From positions 128,001 to 192,000 of the forward strand of contig JBGUGD010000016.1 in NCBI GenBank assembly GCA_041697335.1: 64,000 bases of DNA, in the 5' to 3' direction. A program made the position numbers and the translations under genes. The notes under the pieces are model-generated. The model had not been told where the DNA came from, searched no databases, and was given only the letters and a program-made list of their open reading frames with translations. Positions 37,477 through 47,495 of the stretch are shown in pieces. Within the stretch, counting starts at the first letter, position 1, and each line of letters starts with the position of its first letter. The DNA comes from Vampirovibrionaceae bacterium NZW_1234 (GTDB taxonomy: Bacteria > Cyanobacteriota > Vampirovibrionia > Vampirovibrionales > JAGQHJ01).

Positions 37477-40351
37477 TTTAATGGATGAAAGCCTGATACA
37501 AGAGTTTTTAACGGAAAGCCGCGAACATCTCTCATCAATTGAGCCTGACTTGCTGACACTGGAGAAAGATGGCGCCAATACCGATCCGGAGATTATTAAT
37601 CGGGTGTTTCGCGCGATTCATAGTATTAAAGGCGCTGCTGGCTTTTTCGGCTTCGAGGCCTTGAAAAAGTTGAGCCACGTTATGGAAAACCTGCTGATGC
37701 AAATTCGTGAACATCGCATCAGCCCTAACCCCGCTGTGATTGAGCCGCTGCTATTGGGTGTGGATAAACTGAACCTGATGGTTGGCGACATTCAAAACAG
37801 CGAAACCGTTCCTTACATGGATGTTGCCGAACGCCTTGAGACAATCCTGGCCAATGGGGGAGCATCCGACACCTCTGCCCCGTCTACCTCAAAAACGTCC
37901 AATAATGCAGCACAGGAACCGCAAACCGCTTCTACCATGTCTGGTCATTCGAACGAATTTTATGCCGAACCCGATCAGCTAGAAGGGTGCAAGTCCCGAG
38001 GACAGTCGCTTTTTGCACTGGAATACCATACGTCGGACTTAACCCAAAATCAGCAATCTCCCTTCACTCTGATGGAACAACTCCACTCCTTTGGGGTCGT
38101 CCTGGATTGCATGTGGGAAACAGAAACCTTTGGTAATTTGGAAACCTGCCTGGAAAAAGATGGCACCTTTCAAATCCTGTTTGCATCGGTTCTGGAAGCC
38201 GATCTGTTATCCCAAGCCTTGGGACTTCCAGAAAATCGCATTAAGGCCTTAACCTTTTCGATGGTCGGTTCTAATCCGCAAACCCCACCCTTAGTCACTG
38301 TCAGTGCCGCCTCGACCAATGGCACTATGGCCAATGCCGCTGCCAGTGAAGGGAGCTTAAAAACCGAAACGGCAGCCATTGGCTCTGTTATGATGGCCCC
38401 GGAATTACCAGAAACCCCTTCCCAGGAAAGCCCTCGTGCATCAACGCCGAATCAGCCTCCTCCAATGTCCACAGATAATTCATCTGTGCATGAAGAACCC
38501 AAAGCCAAAGTCGATCCGCAACCCCAGCGCAAATCCCCCAATCCCGGATCAGAATCCATGGAAAGCGTGCGCGTTCGGGTTGATTTACTCAATAAACTGA
38601 TGGATTTGGCCGGTGAAATGGTGCTGTCTCGCAATCAATTGCTACGAACCGTCAGTAAAGACGAGACTCAAGGCTCCGGTCTAAGCAATATTGTTCAGAA
38701 CATCGATTTGATTACCTCTGAGTTGCAAGAACATATTATGCAAACTCGGATGCAGCCCATCGGATCCGTATTTGGCAAGTTCCCTCGCGTGGTGCGGGAT
38801 ATGGCTCGCCAACTGAACAAAGAAATTGAACTCCAGATGAGCGGCGAAGATGTCGAACTGGATAAGTCGATTATTGAGAGCCTCTCGGATCCCTTGACCC
38901 ACCTCATTCGCAACTGTTGTGATCATGCTTTGGAGCCTCCGGAAGAGCGCAAAAAAGCGGGAAAACCCACAACAGGCACAATCATCCTCAGGGCATTTCA
39001 TCAGGATGGCCAGATTAATATCTCCATTACGGATGATGGCCGCGGTATTGATCATCACAAGATCGGTCAAAAGGCACTCAAGAATAATCTGGTCACGGAA
39101 GCCGAATTAAACCGGATGTCGCCTCAAGAAATGGTGAACTTGATTTTCTTGCCGGGATTCTCAACAGCAGAAACCATTTCTGAAGTCTCTGGCCGAGGCG
39201 TCGGGATGGACGTGGTTAAAACCAATATCACCAAATTGGGTGGCCACATTCATACCGATACGGAGATTGGCAAAGGCACCACGTTTACCTTGCGCCTGCC
39301 GTTAACACTGGCCATTATCCCATCGCTTATTGTGGGTGTCAGCAATCAGCGCTTCGCCATGCCACAAATCAATCTGGTCGAACTGGTCTGTATTCGGGCA
39401 ACCGAAATTGCCTCTCGAATTGAGCGTGTAGGCTCGGCTTCCGTTCTTCGCCTCCGGGGCAAATTGTTACCCCTGATCCGTTTAGCCGATATTCTGGGCT
39501 TAGAGCGCACCTATACCGATCCTGCCTCTGGACAGCCGAAACCGGATAGACGGCGCGAAATTGGTGACAAACGTAAAGCCACTGAGCACCATCTATTGGA
39601 GATGCTGGAAAAACGAGATACCAATCGTCGTCGCCAAAACAGTGATTACAATATTCTGGTTTTGAAGGTTGGCGTCAACCAATTCGGTCTTATTGTGGAT
39701 GAACTCTTTGATACCGAAGAAATCGTGGTTAAACCCTTGTCCGGTTATCTCAAGCAATGTAAATGCTTCTCTGGCGCAACCATTATGGGCGACGGTCGTG
39801 TGGCCATGATCCTGGATCCGGGTGGCATTTTGGCATACTCCGGTGTCAGCCTGGAAGAAATTGATGCCGAAAAACGCCGACTGGAAGAAGCTCAAAACAA
39901 CAAAGCAGCCAATACGACAAAACGGACGCTGCTCCTCTTCCACAACGCGTTAGATGAAATTTTTGCCGTCCCGCTTTCCTCCATTCTGCGGCTTGAGAAA
40001 TTCAACATGGATCGGATTGAGCGCATCGGTCATAAGGAATTCCTGACCTACTATGGTAAAGGCCTGCCTTTAATTCGATTAGAGCATTATTTATCGGTGA
40101 ACCCAATGCCACATACTCAAGAAGATGCCTACCTGATTATTCCCAAAGATGGCAATGGTGCAGCCGGGATAATTGCCTCTCGCATTATCGACACGGTGGA
40201 AACCGACGTTGTACTGGATTCGTCACTCGCCACGGATCGCGGTATTGAAGGTTCAGCCATTGTCAATGATCATCTCACCTTATTTATTGAACCCAACGGC
40301 CTATTGGAACGAGCCGGTATTTCGACACACGGAGGTACTCATGGCCACTAG
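37469..40351 (+). CDS. cheA: chemotaxis histidine kinase CheA with two CheW-like domains
   Basis: Motifs FRAIHSIKG, HLIRN..DH, DDGRG, GFSTA and SGRGVGMDVV. Confidence 0.96.
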   Translation: MDSLMDESLIQEFLTESREHLSSIEPDLLTLEKDGANTDPEIINRVFRAIHSIKGAAGFFGFEALKKLSHVMENLLMQIREHRISPNPAVIEPLLLGVDKLNLMVGDIQNSETVPYMDVAERLETILANGGASDTSAPSTSKTSNNAAQEPQTASTMSGHSNEFYAEPDQLEGCKSRGQSLFALEYHTSDLTQNQQSPFTLMEQLHSFGVVLDCMWETETFGNLETCLEKDGTFQILFASVLEADLLSQALGLPENRIKALTFSMVGSNPQTPPLVTVSAASTNGTMANAAASEGSLKTETAAIGSVMMAPELPETPSQESPRASTPNQPPPMSTDNSSVHEEPKAKVDPQPQRKSPNPGSESMESVRVRVDLLNKLMDLAGEMVLSRNQLLRTVSKDETQGSGLSNIVQNIDLITSELQEHIMQTRMQPIGSVFGKFPRVVRDMARQLNKEIELQMSGEDVELDKSIIESLSDPLTHLIRNCCDHALEPPEERKKAGKPTTGTIILRAFHQDGQINISITDDGRGIDHHKIGQKALKNNLVTEAELNRMSPQEMVNLIFLPGFSTAETISEVSGRGVGMDVVKTNITKLGGHIHTDTEIGKGTTFTLRLPLTLAIIPSLIVGVSNQRFAMPQINLVELVCIRATEIASRIERVGSASVLRLRGKLLPLIRLADILGLERTYTDPASGQPKPDRRREIGDKRKATEHHLLEMLEKRDTNRRRQNSDYNILVLKVGVNQFGLIVDELFDTEEIVVKPLSGYLKQCKCFSGATIMGDGRVAMILDPGGILAYSGVSLEEIDAEKRRLEEAQNNKAANTTKRTLLLFHNALDEIFAVPLSSILRLEKFNMDRIERIGHKEFLTYYGKGLPLIRLEHYLSVNPMPHTQEDAYLIIPKDGNGAAGIIASRIIDTVETDVVLDSSLATDRGIEGSAIVNDHLTLFIEPNGLLERAGISTHGGTHGH

Positions 40352-40823
40352 AAGCTTTGCGACCTTTTTTATCAATGATCAACTCTTTGGCCTGGATATT
40401 CTGATGATCCGGGAAATCAACAAACATCTTGATCTCAGCCCCGTCCCGCATGCGCCGGATTACATCCGTGGATTGTGTAACCTGCGAGGTCAAATTGTGA
40501 CTGTCCTGGATCTCAAACATCGATTGGGCTTGGGACATTGCGAGCTCACCAACAACTCACATAACATTATTATTAAAACCGATGCCGAGCTTTTGGAGTT
40601 ACGCAATCGTGATGAATGTGATGACGACACTCATATCCCCGACAAAGTAAGTTTACTGGTTGACGGCATTGGCGAAGTTGTCTCGGTCAATGACAAAGAG
40701 ATTGATCCACCACCCCCCAACATGGGCCAAGTGGATGGCAAATATATTGATGGCGTCATCAAACTGGAAAACACCTTATTAACCATCCTTTCCATGAAAA
40801 ATGTACTTGAAAACCTGAATTAA
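40341..40823 (+). CDS. cheW: chemotaxis adaptor CheW
   Basis: Motifs PVPHAPDYIRGL.NLRGQIV and LLVD. GGAGG precedes ATG 40341. Confidence 0.93.
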   Translation: MATRSFATFFINDQLFGLDILMIREINKHLDLSPVPHAPDYIRGLCNLRGQIVTVLDLKHRLGLGHCELTNNSHNIIIKTDAELLELRNRDECDDDTHIPDKVSLLVDGIGEVVSVNDKEIDPPPPNMGQVDGKYIDGVIKLENTLLTILSMKNVLENLN

Positions 40824-40869
40824 TTCTTCGCGTCTCAACTTACGTATTACGTTCTCTCGAGGAAATCCC

Positions 40870-41970
40870 ATGGATACGTCCAACCCCATCAAAACGCTTG
40901 TTGTGGATGATTCGGTTACATACCGGATGATTATGTCTAATGTCGTTAAATCTATCCCCGGTGCAGAATTATGCGGCACAGCGGCCAATGGTCGCATCGC
41001 CCTGGATATGTTACACCAAAATCCGGTGGAATTGGTTTTAATGGATATTGAAATGCCCGTCATGGGTGGTATGGAAACTCTTCAAACCATTTTACGAGAC
41101 TTTCCCAAAACCAGTGTCATTTTAATCAGTGGCGCCAATCGCGATCATGCCGATTTAACGATTAGAGCACTTGAAGCCGGTGCTTTGGACTTTATTTCTA
41201 AACCGGATGAAGGATCCATGACAAATAACATGGATACCTTACGCACACGGCTGAGTAATGTCATGCAGGCATTTCGTTCCAAGCGAATCCTGCCTCGTTC
41301 CATTACGCCCAATCGAAGCGCTATTGCCGTTACACCTGCCACTGCCGAACCTCCAATTCGGACAGCAAGCTCAATACCGAGCCGCTTCGATGTCATTACC
41401 ATCGGCATCTCCACAGGCGGCCCAAACGCCTTAACTGAACTAATTCCGGCCTTACCCGCAAATATTGGCGTCCCCATTCTTATCGTTCAGCACATGCCTC
41501 CTATTTTCACAGCATCACTGGCCAGCTCGCTAGATCGAAAATCCGCTTTGCTGGTTAAAGAGGCGGAAGCGGGGGAAAGAGTGCAACCCAATACTGTATA
41601 CATTGCTCCAGGCGGACAACACATGACGGTTAGCACAGATTTTTGTATCGGTTTAAACTCCGATCCCCCGGAAAACAGCTGTCGCCCTGCCGTAGATGTC
41701 CTATTTCGCTCCGTTGGCCAAGCCTATAAGCGAAATATCCTAGCCCTCGTCATGACCGGGATGGGGCGTGACGGTGCAAGCGGTGTCGAAGTTCTCAAAA
41801 AAACGACAAACTGCTACTGTATTACCCAAAGTGAACAAAGCTGTACCGTCTACGGTATGCCCCGTTCTGTAGATGAACTCGGTTTATCCGACGAGCGGGT
41901 GGATTTAAGTCAGTTAAGTACTCGGATTCAAACGCTGCTTAAAGGCAGTGGCGTTCGGGTGGGCCTATGA
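40870..41970 (+). CDS. cheB: chemotaxis response regulator methylesterase CheB
   Basis: REC domain plus GISTGGP, QHMP and MTGMG.DG. Confidence 0.96.
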   Translation: MDTSNPIKTLVVDDSVTYRMIMSNVVKSIPGAELCGTAANGRIALDMLHQNPVELVLMDIEMPVMGGMETLQTILRDFPKTSVILISGANRDHADLTIRALEAGALDFISKPDEGSMTNNMDTLRTRLSNVMQAFRSKRILPRSITPNRSAIAVTPATAEPPIRTASSIPSRFDVITIGISTGGPNALTELIPALPANIGVPILIVQHMPPIFTASLASSLDRKSALLVKEAEAGERVQPNTVYIAPGGQHMTVSTDFCIGLNSDPPENSCRPAVDVLFRSVGQAYKRNILALVMTGMGRDGASGVEVLKKTTNCYCITQSEQSCTVYGMPRSVDELGLSDERVDLSQLSTRIQTLLKGSGVRVGL

Positions 41971-42812
41971 TAGCAACCATTTCCACAGAAGAATTTAAGC
42001 AACTGCGAAATTATATCGAGCGCGAGTGCAGCATCGTTATCGGTGATGAAAAAGTTTATCTGATTGAAAGCCGTCTTGCAAAGCTTTTAGTCCAATATGA
42101 CTGCAAAAGCTACGGTGAATTCTATCAAAAACTCGTCAGTGCCAATAATGCGAAACTGAAAACCGAAATTATCGATGCCGTAACCACCAATGAAACCCTC
42201 TGGTTTCGAGACGAATCACCTTACCTGGCCTTAAAAGAACAGGTTTTGCCAGAGCTTGCACAACAGATTCAACGTGGTCAAAAAAGCAATCTTCGTATCT
42301 GGTCGGCAGCCTGCTCGACAGGTCAGGAACCCTACTCTATCGGGATGACCGTCCATGAATTTGCACGATTGAATCCAAGTCATCAAACGTTGGTTGCCAA
42401 AACAACCATTATGGCGACGGACATTTGTTCATCTGTTCTTGTCCTGGCTCAATCCGGACGCTATGACCCCATATCCATGTCCAGAGGTATGTTGCCAGGT
42501 TATAAAGAACGTTACTTTGAAGAGCAAGGTCGGGTATGCGCCATTAAAGACAGCATTAAAAGCATGGTGAGCTTCCAACAGTTTAACCTGCAGCAACCCT
42601 TTACCCCGATGGGAAAGTTTGATGTTATTTTTTTGCGAAACGTCGCCATTTATTTTTCACCCGAATTCAAAACAGAGTTGTTTCAAAAAATTGCCAATGC
42701 TCTGAACCCGGGTGGGTACTTGTTTATTGGTGCCTCTGAAACACTCAACGGCTATAGTACAGACTTCACGTTACGAGAATATGGCCGTGCTATGTATTAT
42801 CAAGTGAAATAA
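41967..42812 (+). CDS. cheR: chemotaxis methyltransferase CheR
   Basis: Motifs TTNETLWFRD, IWSAACSTGQEPYS and RNV.IYF. Confidence 0.95.
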   Translation: MIATISTEEFKQLRNYIERECSIVIGDEKVYLIESRLAKLLVQYDCKSYGEFYQKLVSANNAKLKTEIIDAVTTNETLWFRDESPYLALKEQVLPELAQQIQRGQKSNLRIWSAACSTGQEPYSIGMTVHEFARLNPSHQTLVAKTTIMATDICSSVLVLAQSGRYDPISMSRGMLPGYKERYFEEQGRVCAIKDSIKSMVSFQQFNLQQPFTPMGKFDVIFLRNVAIYFSPEFKTELFQKIANALNPGGYLFIGASETLNGYSTDFTLREYGRAMYYQVK

Positions 42813-42826
42813 AATAAGAGGGCTCG

Positions 42827-43204
42827 ATGATGAAAATTCTTTCGGTAGACGATTCAGCCATTATGCGCAAGATCATACGCGGGGCTGTCGATATGTTGGG
42901 TCTGGAGTTCCTGGAAGCCGAAAACGGGCAAATTGCCTTAGATATTCTCAATCGAGATTATTTGGATATTGGTCTTGTTTTATTGGATTGGAATATGCCG
43001 GTCAAAGATGGGTATGAAACACTGGTTGCCATTAAAACAGATCCTCGTCTGAAACATATTCCCGTGATGATGGTCACAACCGAAGGGGAAAGGACCAATG
43101 TGATTCGGGCTATTCAAGCCGGAGCACAACATTATCTGATGAAACCCTTTACCCAGGAAGATTTGCTAAAACGGATTATGGAATGCATCGGAACCACCGT
43201 TTAA
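42827..43204 (+). CDS. cheY: CheY-like response regulator
   Basis: Single REC domain: VDDS, LDWNMP, MVT.E and KPF. Confidence 0.9.
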   Translation: MMKILSVDDSAIMRKIIRGAVDMLGLEFLEAENGQIALDILNRDYLDIGLVLLDWNMPVKDGYETLVAIKTDPRLKHIPVMMVTTEGERTNVIRAIQAGAQHYLMKPFTQEDLLKRIMECIGTTV

Positions 43205-43264
43205 CCCCATCAGCTCAGTTTTTAACCACTATTACATTAGAACACACGGAGGTATCATCCTGAC

Positions 43265-43780
43265 ATGTCCCAAACAACACACGAGCCCGTTATTGACGCC
43301 CGGCTGGTTAACCCCATTATTGCGGCCACCGTCGAAGTCTTGGGCACCATGGCCAATCTGAAAGTTGCGTTGAAAAAATTTGATGCCCATACGGATTATC
43401 ACCCCAATGGGGATATTTCGGCTGTCATTGGTATTCTCGGAGAAGGTGGCGAAGGCATGATTGCCATTTCCTTTTCCATTCCCCTGGCGAGCCTTATTGT
43501 CTCTCGGTTATTAGGGATGAAGCCGGAACATCTGTCCGCCGATGATCGGTCCGATGGCATTGGCGAGCTTGTCAACATGATTTCAGGCAATGCCAAAACC
43601 GCCTTGTCTCAAGGGGAACAAACACCTTATAAACTCTCTTTGCCGACCATCATTTTGGGTGCCAAACATGAAATTTATGCACGTCCTCGCCATGTGCCCT
43701 ATCTGGTGTTGGAGTTTGAAACAGAAGAAAATCACACGTTTAATGTTCAAGTGGGTTTTAAATCATTTCAGGGTCGATAA
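43265..43780 (+). CDS. cheX: CheX-type CheY-P phosphatase
   Basis: Motifs DISAVIG, D.IGELVNMISGNAK and LSLPTII.G. Confidence 0.9.
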   Translation: MSQTTHEPVIDARLVNPIIAATVEVLGTMANLKVALKKFDAHTDYHPNGDISAVIGILGEGGEGMIAISFSIPLASLIVSRLLGMKPEHLSADDRSDGIGELVNMISGNAKTALSQGEQTPYKLSLPTIILGAKHEIYARPRHVPYLVLEFETEENHTFNVQVGFKSFQGR

Positions 43781-43861
43781 AGGAAACACTCAATCCTGAT
43801 CTCTCCCGTTAAAGGAACACACAACGAGCAGACAAATGAAGAACAGAAGGAATACTTATCC

Positions 43862-44275
43862 ATGAAAGTACTGGTAGTTGATGACTCAGGCGTCATGAGA
43901 AAAATGGTCATCCGGGAACTTCTAAAAATGAATGTCACGGAAGCCATGATTGATCAGGCCGAAGATGGAGAACAAGGGCTTCAAAAAGCTCTCATCGGCA
44001 ATTACGACCTGATTCTGATGGATTGGAACATGCCAGCCATGTTGGGAATTGATGCCCTGAAAGGCATGCGCCAAAACGGGGTTACCTCTAAAGTCATCAT
44101 GGTTACCACCGAGGCTGAGCGCTCTCAGGTCTTACTGGCCATTCAATCCGGTGCCAATAATTATTTACGTAAGCCTTTCACGTCTGAGGATTTTTCTGAA
44201 AAAGTAACCGCGACAATGGGCGGTCCTGAAGCCTGGAGTAACCTCGTCGGAGCAACACCGACCACTCACGGGTAA
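43862..44275 (+). CDS. cheY: second CheY-like response regulator
   Basis: Single REC domain: VDDS, MDWNMP and KPF. Confidence 0.88.
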   Translation: MKVLVVDDSGVMRKMVIRELLKMNVTEAMIDQAEDGEQGLQKALIGNYDLILMDWNMPAMLGIDALKGMRQNGVTSKVIMVTTEAERSQVLLAIQSGANNYLRKPFTSEDFSEKVTATMGGPEAWSNLVGATPTTHG

Positions 44276-44305
44276 GTGCGCCTCTAGAGTCGCTACCTAG
44301 CGTGC

Positions 44306-44761
44306 CTATGCCTGGAGTGCTGACGGATAGGTTTTCCAATTCCGTCTGGCATCATACAGCAGGCCGCCTTCCGGGGTGGGTCTTACCACTTGTGTGACAG
44401 CTTCGAGCGGATAGACGTCTTTCATGGCTCGGTAAGTTGTCACCATGGCTTGGTGAAGTTGATCGTCGGTAAATCCATAGCGGCGAACGCGATCCATGTA
44501 TTCTCCAACGGAGGCCTCGGTAAACACGCCAACCAAACCACACAACAGGCGAAATTGAATCCGGTTATCCGTTTCATCAGGTGTGCTTCCAGGCGCGATG
44601 CGCAACGTTTCCAACCAGTAGGCGCGACGTTCCGGAGTCGCCAGCGGCTGAACACTCGGCTTATCCACAGTCCCAAGAGAAGCAAATCGGGTCTTTGAAG
44701 GATAGCCCAGAGTACTAGGCCGGTAAGATAGGGGGCTGAGCATATTGAAAGTAACTCCCAT
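44306..44761 (-). CDS. hypothetical protein
   Basis: 151-aa ORF with a Ser/Pro-rich N-terminus ending in TRFAS. The start may be at the second Met. Confidence 0.55.
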   Translation of the reverse strand: MGVTFNMLSPLSYRPSTLGYPSKTRFASLGTVDKPSVQPLATPERRAYWLETLRIAPGSTPDETDNRIQFRLLCGLVGVFTEASVGEYMDRVRRYGFTDDQLHQAMVTTYRAMKDVYPLEAVTQVVRPTPEGGLLYDARRNWKTYPSALQA

Positions 44762-44834
44762 TTCTCATTCACTGAAATAGATAAACACGGCACAGACCCA
44801 AAAGTTGCGTGAACGAAAAATGAGGTTTTAATAA

Positions 44835-45065
44835 TTAAAAACCCGACGTCTCATTGCCGCCTACGGGCATGGAGACTAGGGTATGCATTGGAATCGTCAT
44901 TCCTCTGGATGCAACACCCTTGGCAAAGCGTTGTGCATCAGCCAGTTGTGTAAACCACACTTGTTGAGCCCCGACCAAAACAAACCACTGTGGGGTGTTT
45001 TCAATGGCAAATATCGCAACGGCAGGTCCCAGTCGTGTGCGATCCGCATTTATAGGGTCTTCCAT
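44835..45065 (-). CDS. small hypothetical protein
   Basis: 76-aa ORF preceded by AAAGGAG. Confidence 0.45.
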   Translation of the reverse strand: MEDPINADRTRLGPAVAIFAIENTPQWFVLVGAQQVWFTQLADAQRFAKGVASRGMTIPMHTLVSMPVGGNETSGF

Positions 45066-45223
45066 ACTGGATAGGCTCCTTTCCGATTAGTGTGCATTCG
45101 GTGCGAGTCTACATGGCATGATATCCATTAATATATCATTCTGTCATCAACTGCATGTGGGAGATCCTGGAGGTGAGTCTGTGCTGTGCAGTTGAGCAAC
45201 CTCTTGTATAATAAAGAGAGTGC

Positions 45224-45715
45224 GTGAAGGAGCAACCCGTGATCAAAGAAAACTCTGTCGTCACAATGACCTATGTCTTGAGAAATGCACAGCGCCTTAT
45301 TCTGGATGCCTCTGTGGGACAACCGTTTTTATTTTTGGTCGGGCATAAAAATGTTATTGCCGGCCTCGAAAAAAACGTCATTGGCCTAAAGCCCGGGGAT
45401 CGTAAGTCGATCGAGGTGCCTCCTGAAGAAGGCTATGGGCAATACGATCCAAGCCTCCGCATTAGTATTCCCACACAACAATTCGGAACACATAACCCAG
45501 AGCCAGGCCAACAAGTGCAAATGAAATCCCCTGATGGCCAACCGTTTTTAGCCACCGTCATAGAGCTTCAAGGTGGCAACACCTTACTGGATGCCAACCA
45601 CCCTTTGGCAGGTGAAACTCTTTATTTCGATCTGGAAATCTTGGACGTCCGAGACGCCACGACAGAAGAGATCCGTCACGGCCACCCTCACCACCCAGGC
45701 ATGCCCGCTCACTAG
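45224..45715 (+). CDS. slyD: FKBP-type peptidyl-prolyl isomerase SlyD
   Basis: Motifs VPPEEGYG, DANHPLAG..L.F, VRDAT.EEI.HGH and a His tail. Confidence 0.93.
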   Translation: MKEQPVIKENSVVTMTYVLRNAQRLILDASVGQPFLFLVGHKNVIAGLEKNVIGLKPGDRKSIEVPPEEGYGQYDPSLRISIPTQQFGTHNPEPGQQVQMKSPDGQPFLATVIELQGGNTLLDANHPLAGETLYFDLEILDVRDATTEEIRHGHPHHPGMPAH

Positions 45716-45758
45716 GTTGTCATTAATAACAGCACTGGCAACCTTGTCACTAACCTTG

Positions 45759-47099
45759 CTACGAATTACTCTGCTGCTTTAAATGCGTTGAAACCGATTT
45801 GGATTTGGGTTTCGGCTCGGTCTTCGTCTTGGCCTGAGACAGATGCCGCATGGCCTCTGTGAGTGACACCTTGGCCAGAATCTCCCGACTATAGGGGCGA
45901 TAAAAAATTAGGTAATGCCGTAAATCGGGACTCATGACGGAAAACGTGGCCTTGCCCGAAAACGATTCTTGGGGCTTGAGCTGAAACACAAACATATCTC
46001 CATCCCCAAACGGCGATAATGCATACACTTGGTTATACTCATCCATAAGTGCCACATCCAGACTTCCAAATGTATAGCTGGTCTGATTATCAATGGCCAA
46101 CTTCAAGACAACCTGGTTTTCGACCTTAAAGGGATCACGGCCCAAGGCCACCCCTTGGACCTGCACCTGAAGCCCAGGAACATGGATTTCGGCTTCACTA
46201 TCCAAAGGCCGCTCAAAAGCAGGCAAATTTAAGGGCTGTTGCAGGGCCACACGAATCTGATCACCTTCGTTTAAAACCACATGGGCCCCATCCCGACCAA
46301 GGCCACGCCCCAAACCCACCACAGCACCAACCCCACCGCCAGCCATGAGTGTCGCCCCATGCGTTAAGGCAGCAGCACCAAGACCACCAAATTTCAGTCC
46401 CAGCAATACGCCTTTAACAGCACCACCTACAGTCCCGGCAAGGCTATTGCCAACGGCCCGTCCAGCAGCCTGTAGACCACTATCGCCTTTGTTATAAAAA
46501 GAATTCAACGGAACCTTACGGCCATCAGGCATCAGAATATAGTCCAATGCCAATGTGATGTGGCCTCGCTTGGACATAGAGCGTCCTGGCGTATCGGCCT
46601 CTTCAATATGACCTTTAATTAAGGCGCCCTTGGGGACAAGCACCTTTCCATCGCGCTGAATTTCTTGTTTTAACCGGGCATGAAATACATCCCCATGCTG
46701 GCTATACCCTGTGGCCAGGGTGTCCATAATCGTCAGCACCAAGACCTCGCCTTTTCCCAAGGTATGTACATCGTCAAAGACCACATCTGGAACAAATTCC
46801 CGCTCTTCCCGGATAGAGCCCTTAAGCACCATCCCCGATGCTTCAGCGCCAGGGTCATGAGATCGCCTGCTGAAGACAGGTGCTTCAAAATTGGGCCGAT
46901 CGGATTGCAAGCTTTCTACCCGAACCAAGTCGGGCTCATCGGTCTGAGTATCAACATGTAAAACAGGCCACTCCAGATTCATCTCTGGAGCCCGACGCTC
47001 AGCGTAAGCCAAAGGAGCCATCAGCACAGGACCGAATGCCATGGAGACTGCCAAATAAACTTTCATCACCCAAGCACTGGACCTTATGATGATCACCAT
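45759..47099 (-). CDS. exported protein with a TrbI/VirB10-like beta domain, glycine zipper and C-terminal Ig-like domain
   Basis: Signal-like N-terminus, GDVFHARL...VLVPKGALIKG..., and a GxxxG-rich segment. Confidence 0.6.
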   Translation of the reverse strand: MVIIIRSSAWVMKVYLAVSMAFGPVLMAPLAYAERRAPEMNLEWPVLHVDTQTDEPDLVRVESLQSDRPNFEAPVFSRRSHDPGAEASGMVLKGSIREEREFVPDVVFDDVHTLGKGEVLVLTIMDTLATGYSQHGDVFHARLKQEIQRDGKVLVPKGALIKGHIEEADTPGRSMSKRGHITLALDYILMPDGRKVPLNSFYNKGDSGLQAAGRAVGNSLAGTVGGAVKGVLLGLKFGGLGAAALTHGATLMAGGGVGAVVGLGRGLGRDGAHVVLNEGDQIRVALQQPLNLPAFERPLDSEAEIHVPGLQVQVQGVALGRDPFKVENQVVLKLAIDNQTSYTFGSLDVALMDEYNQVYALSPFGDGDMFVFQLKPQESFSGKATFSVMSPDLRHYLIFYRPYSREILAKVSLTEAMRHLSQAKTKTEPKPKSKSVSTHLKQQSNS

Positions 47100-47273
47100 T
47101 CTCTCCTCGTCATCAGCAATCTATAGCTAGTGTAGTAGAAGTTTTTCCGGCTGTCATCCCTTAAACACGTTAGGTCTTCTGAAAAAACCTCTCAAATCCG
47201 TCATACCTATAATACACCCAAACAACAGAAAGGCTTTTTTCAGGACACTCAATGCATATAATATTGTCAAATC

Positions 47274-47349
47274 TGGAGCGGGCAACGCGGCTCGAACGCG
47301 CGACCCCCAGCTTGGGAAGCTAGTGCTCTACCAACTGAGCTATGCCCGC
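47274..47349 (-). tRNA. tRNA-Gly (anticodon CCC), CCA encoded
   Basis: GCGGGCATAGCTCAGTTGGTAGAGC...CTTCCCAAG...GTTCGAG...TGCCCGCTCCA folds as a 76-nt cloverleaf. Confidence 0.97.
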
Positions 47350-47495
47350 AAGGTCAATGGCATCATAGTGTAAATACGGCTTTGTGGCAAGAAAAACCCA
47401 GGGAGGCTTTTCTAGGTTCACACAAAAGCCCCGTTGTCTGGAATTCAAACAACAGGGCCAATCTTGTATTGGGCGTTTCAGCTAATGGCTGCTAT

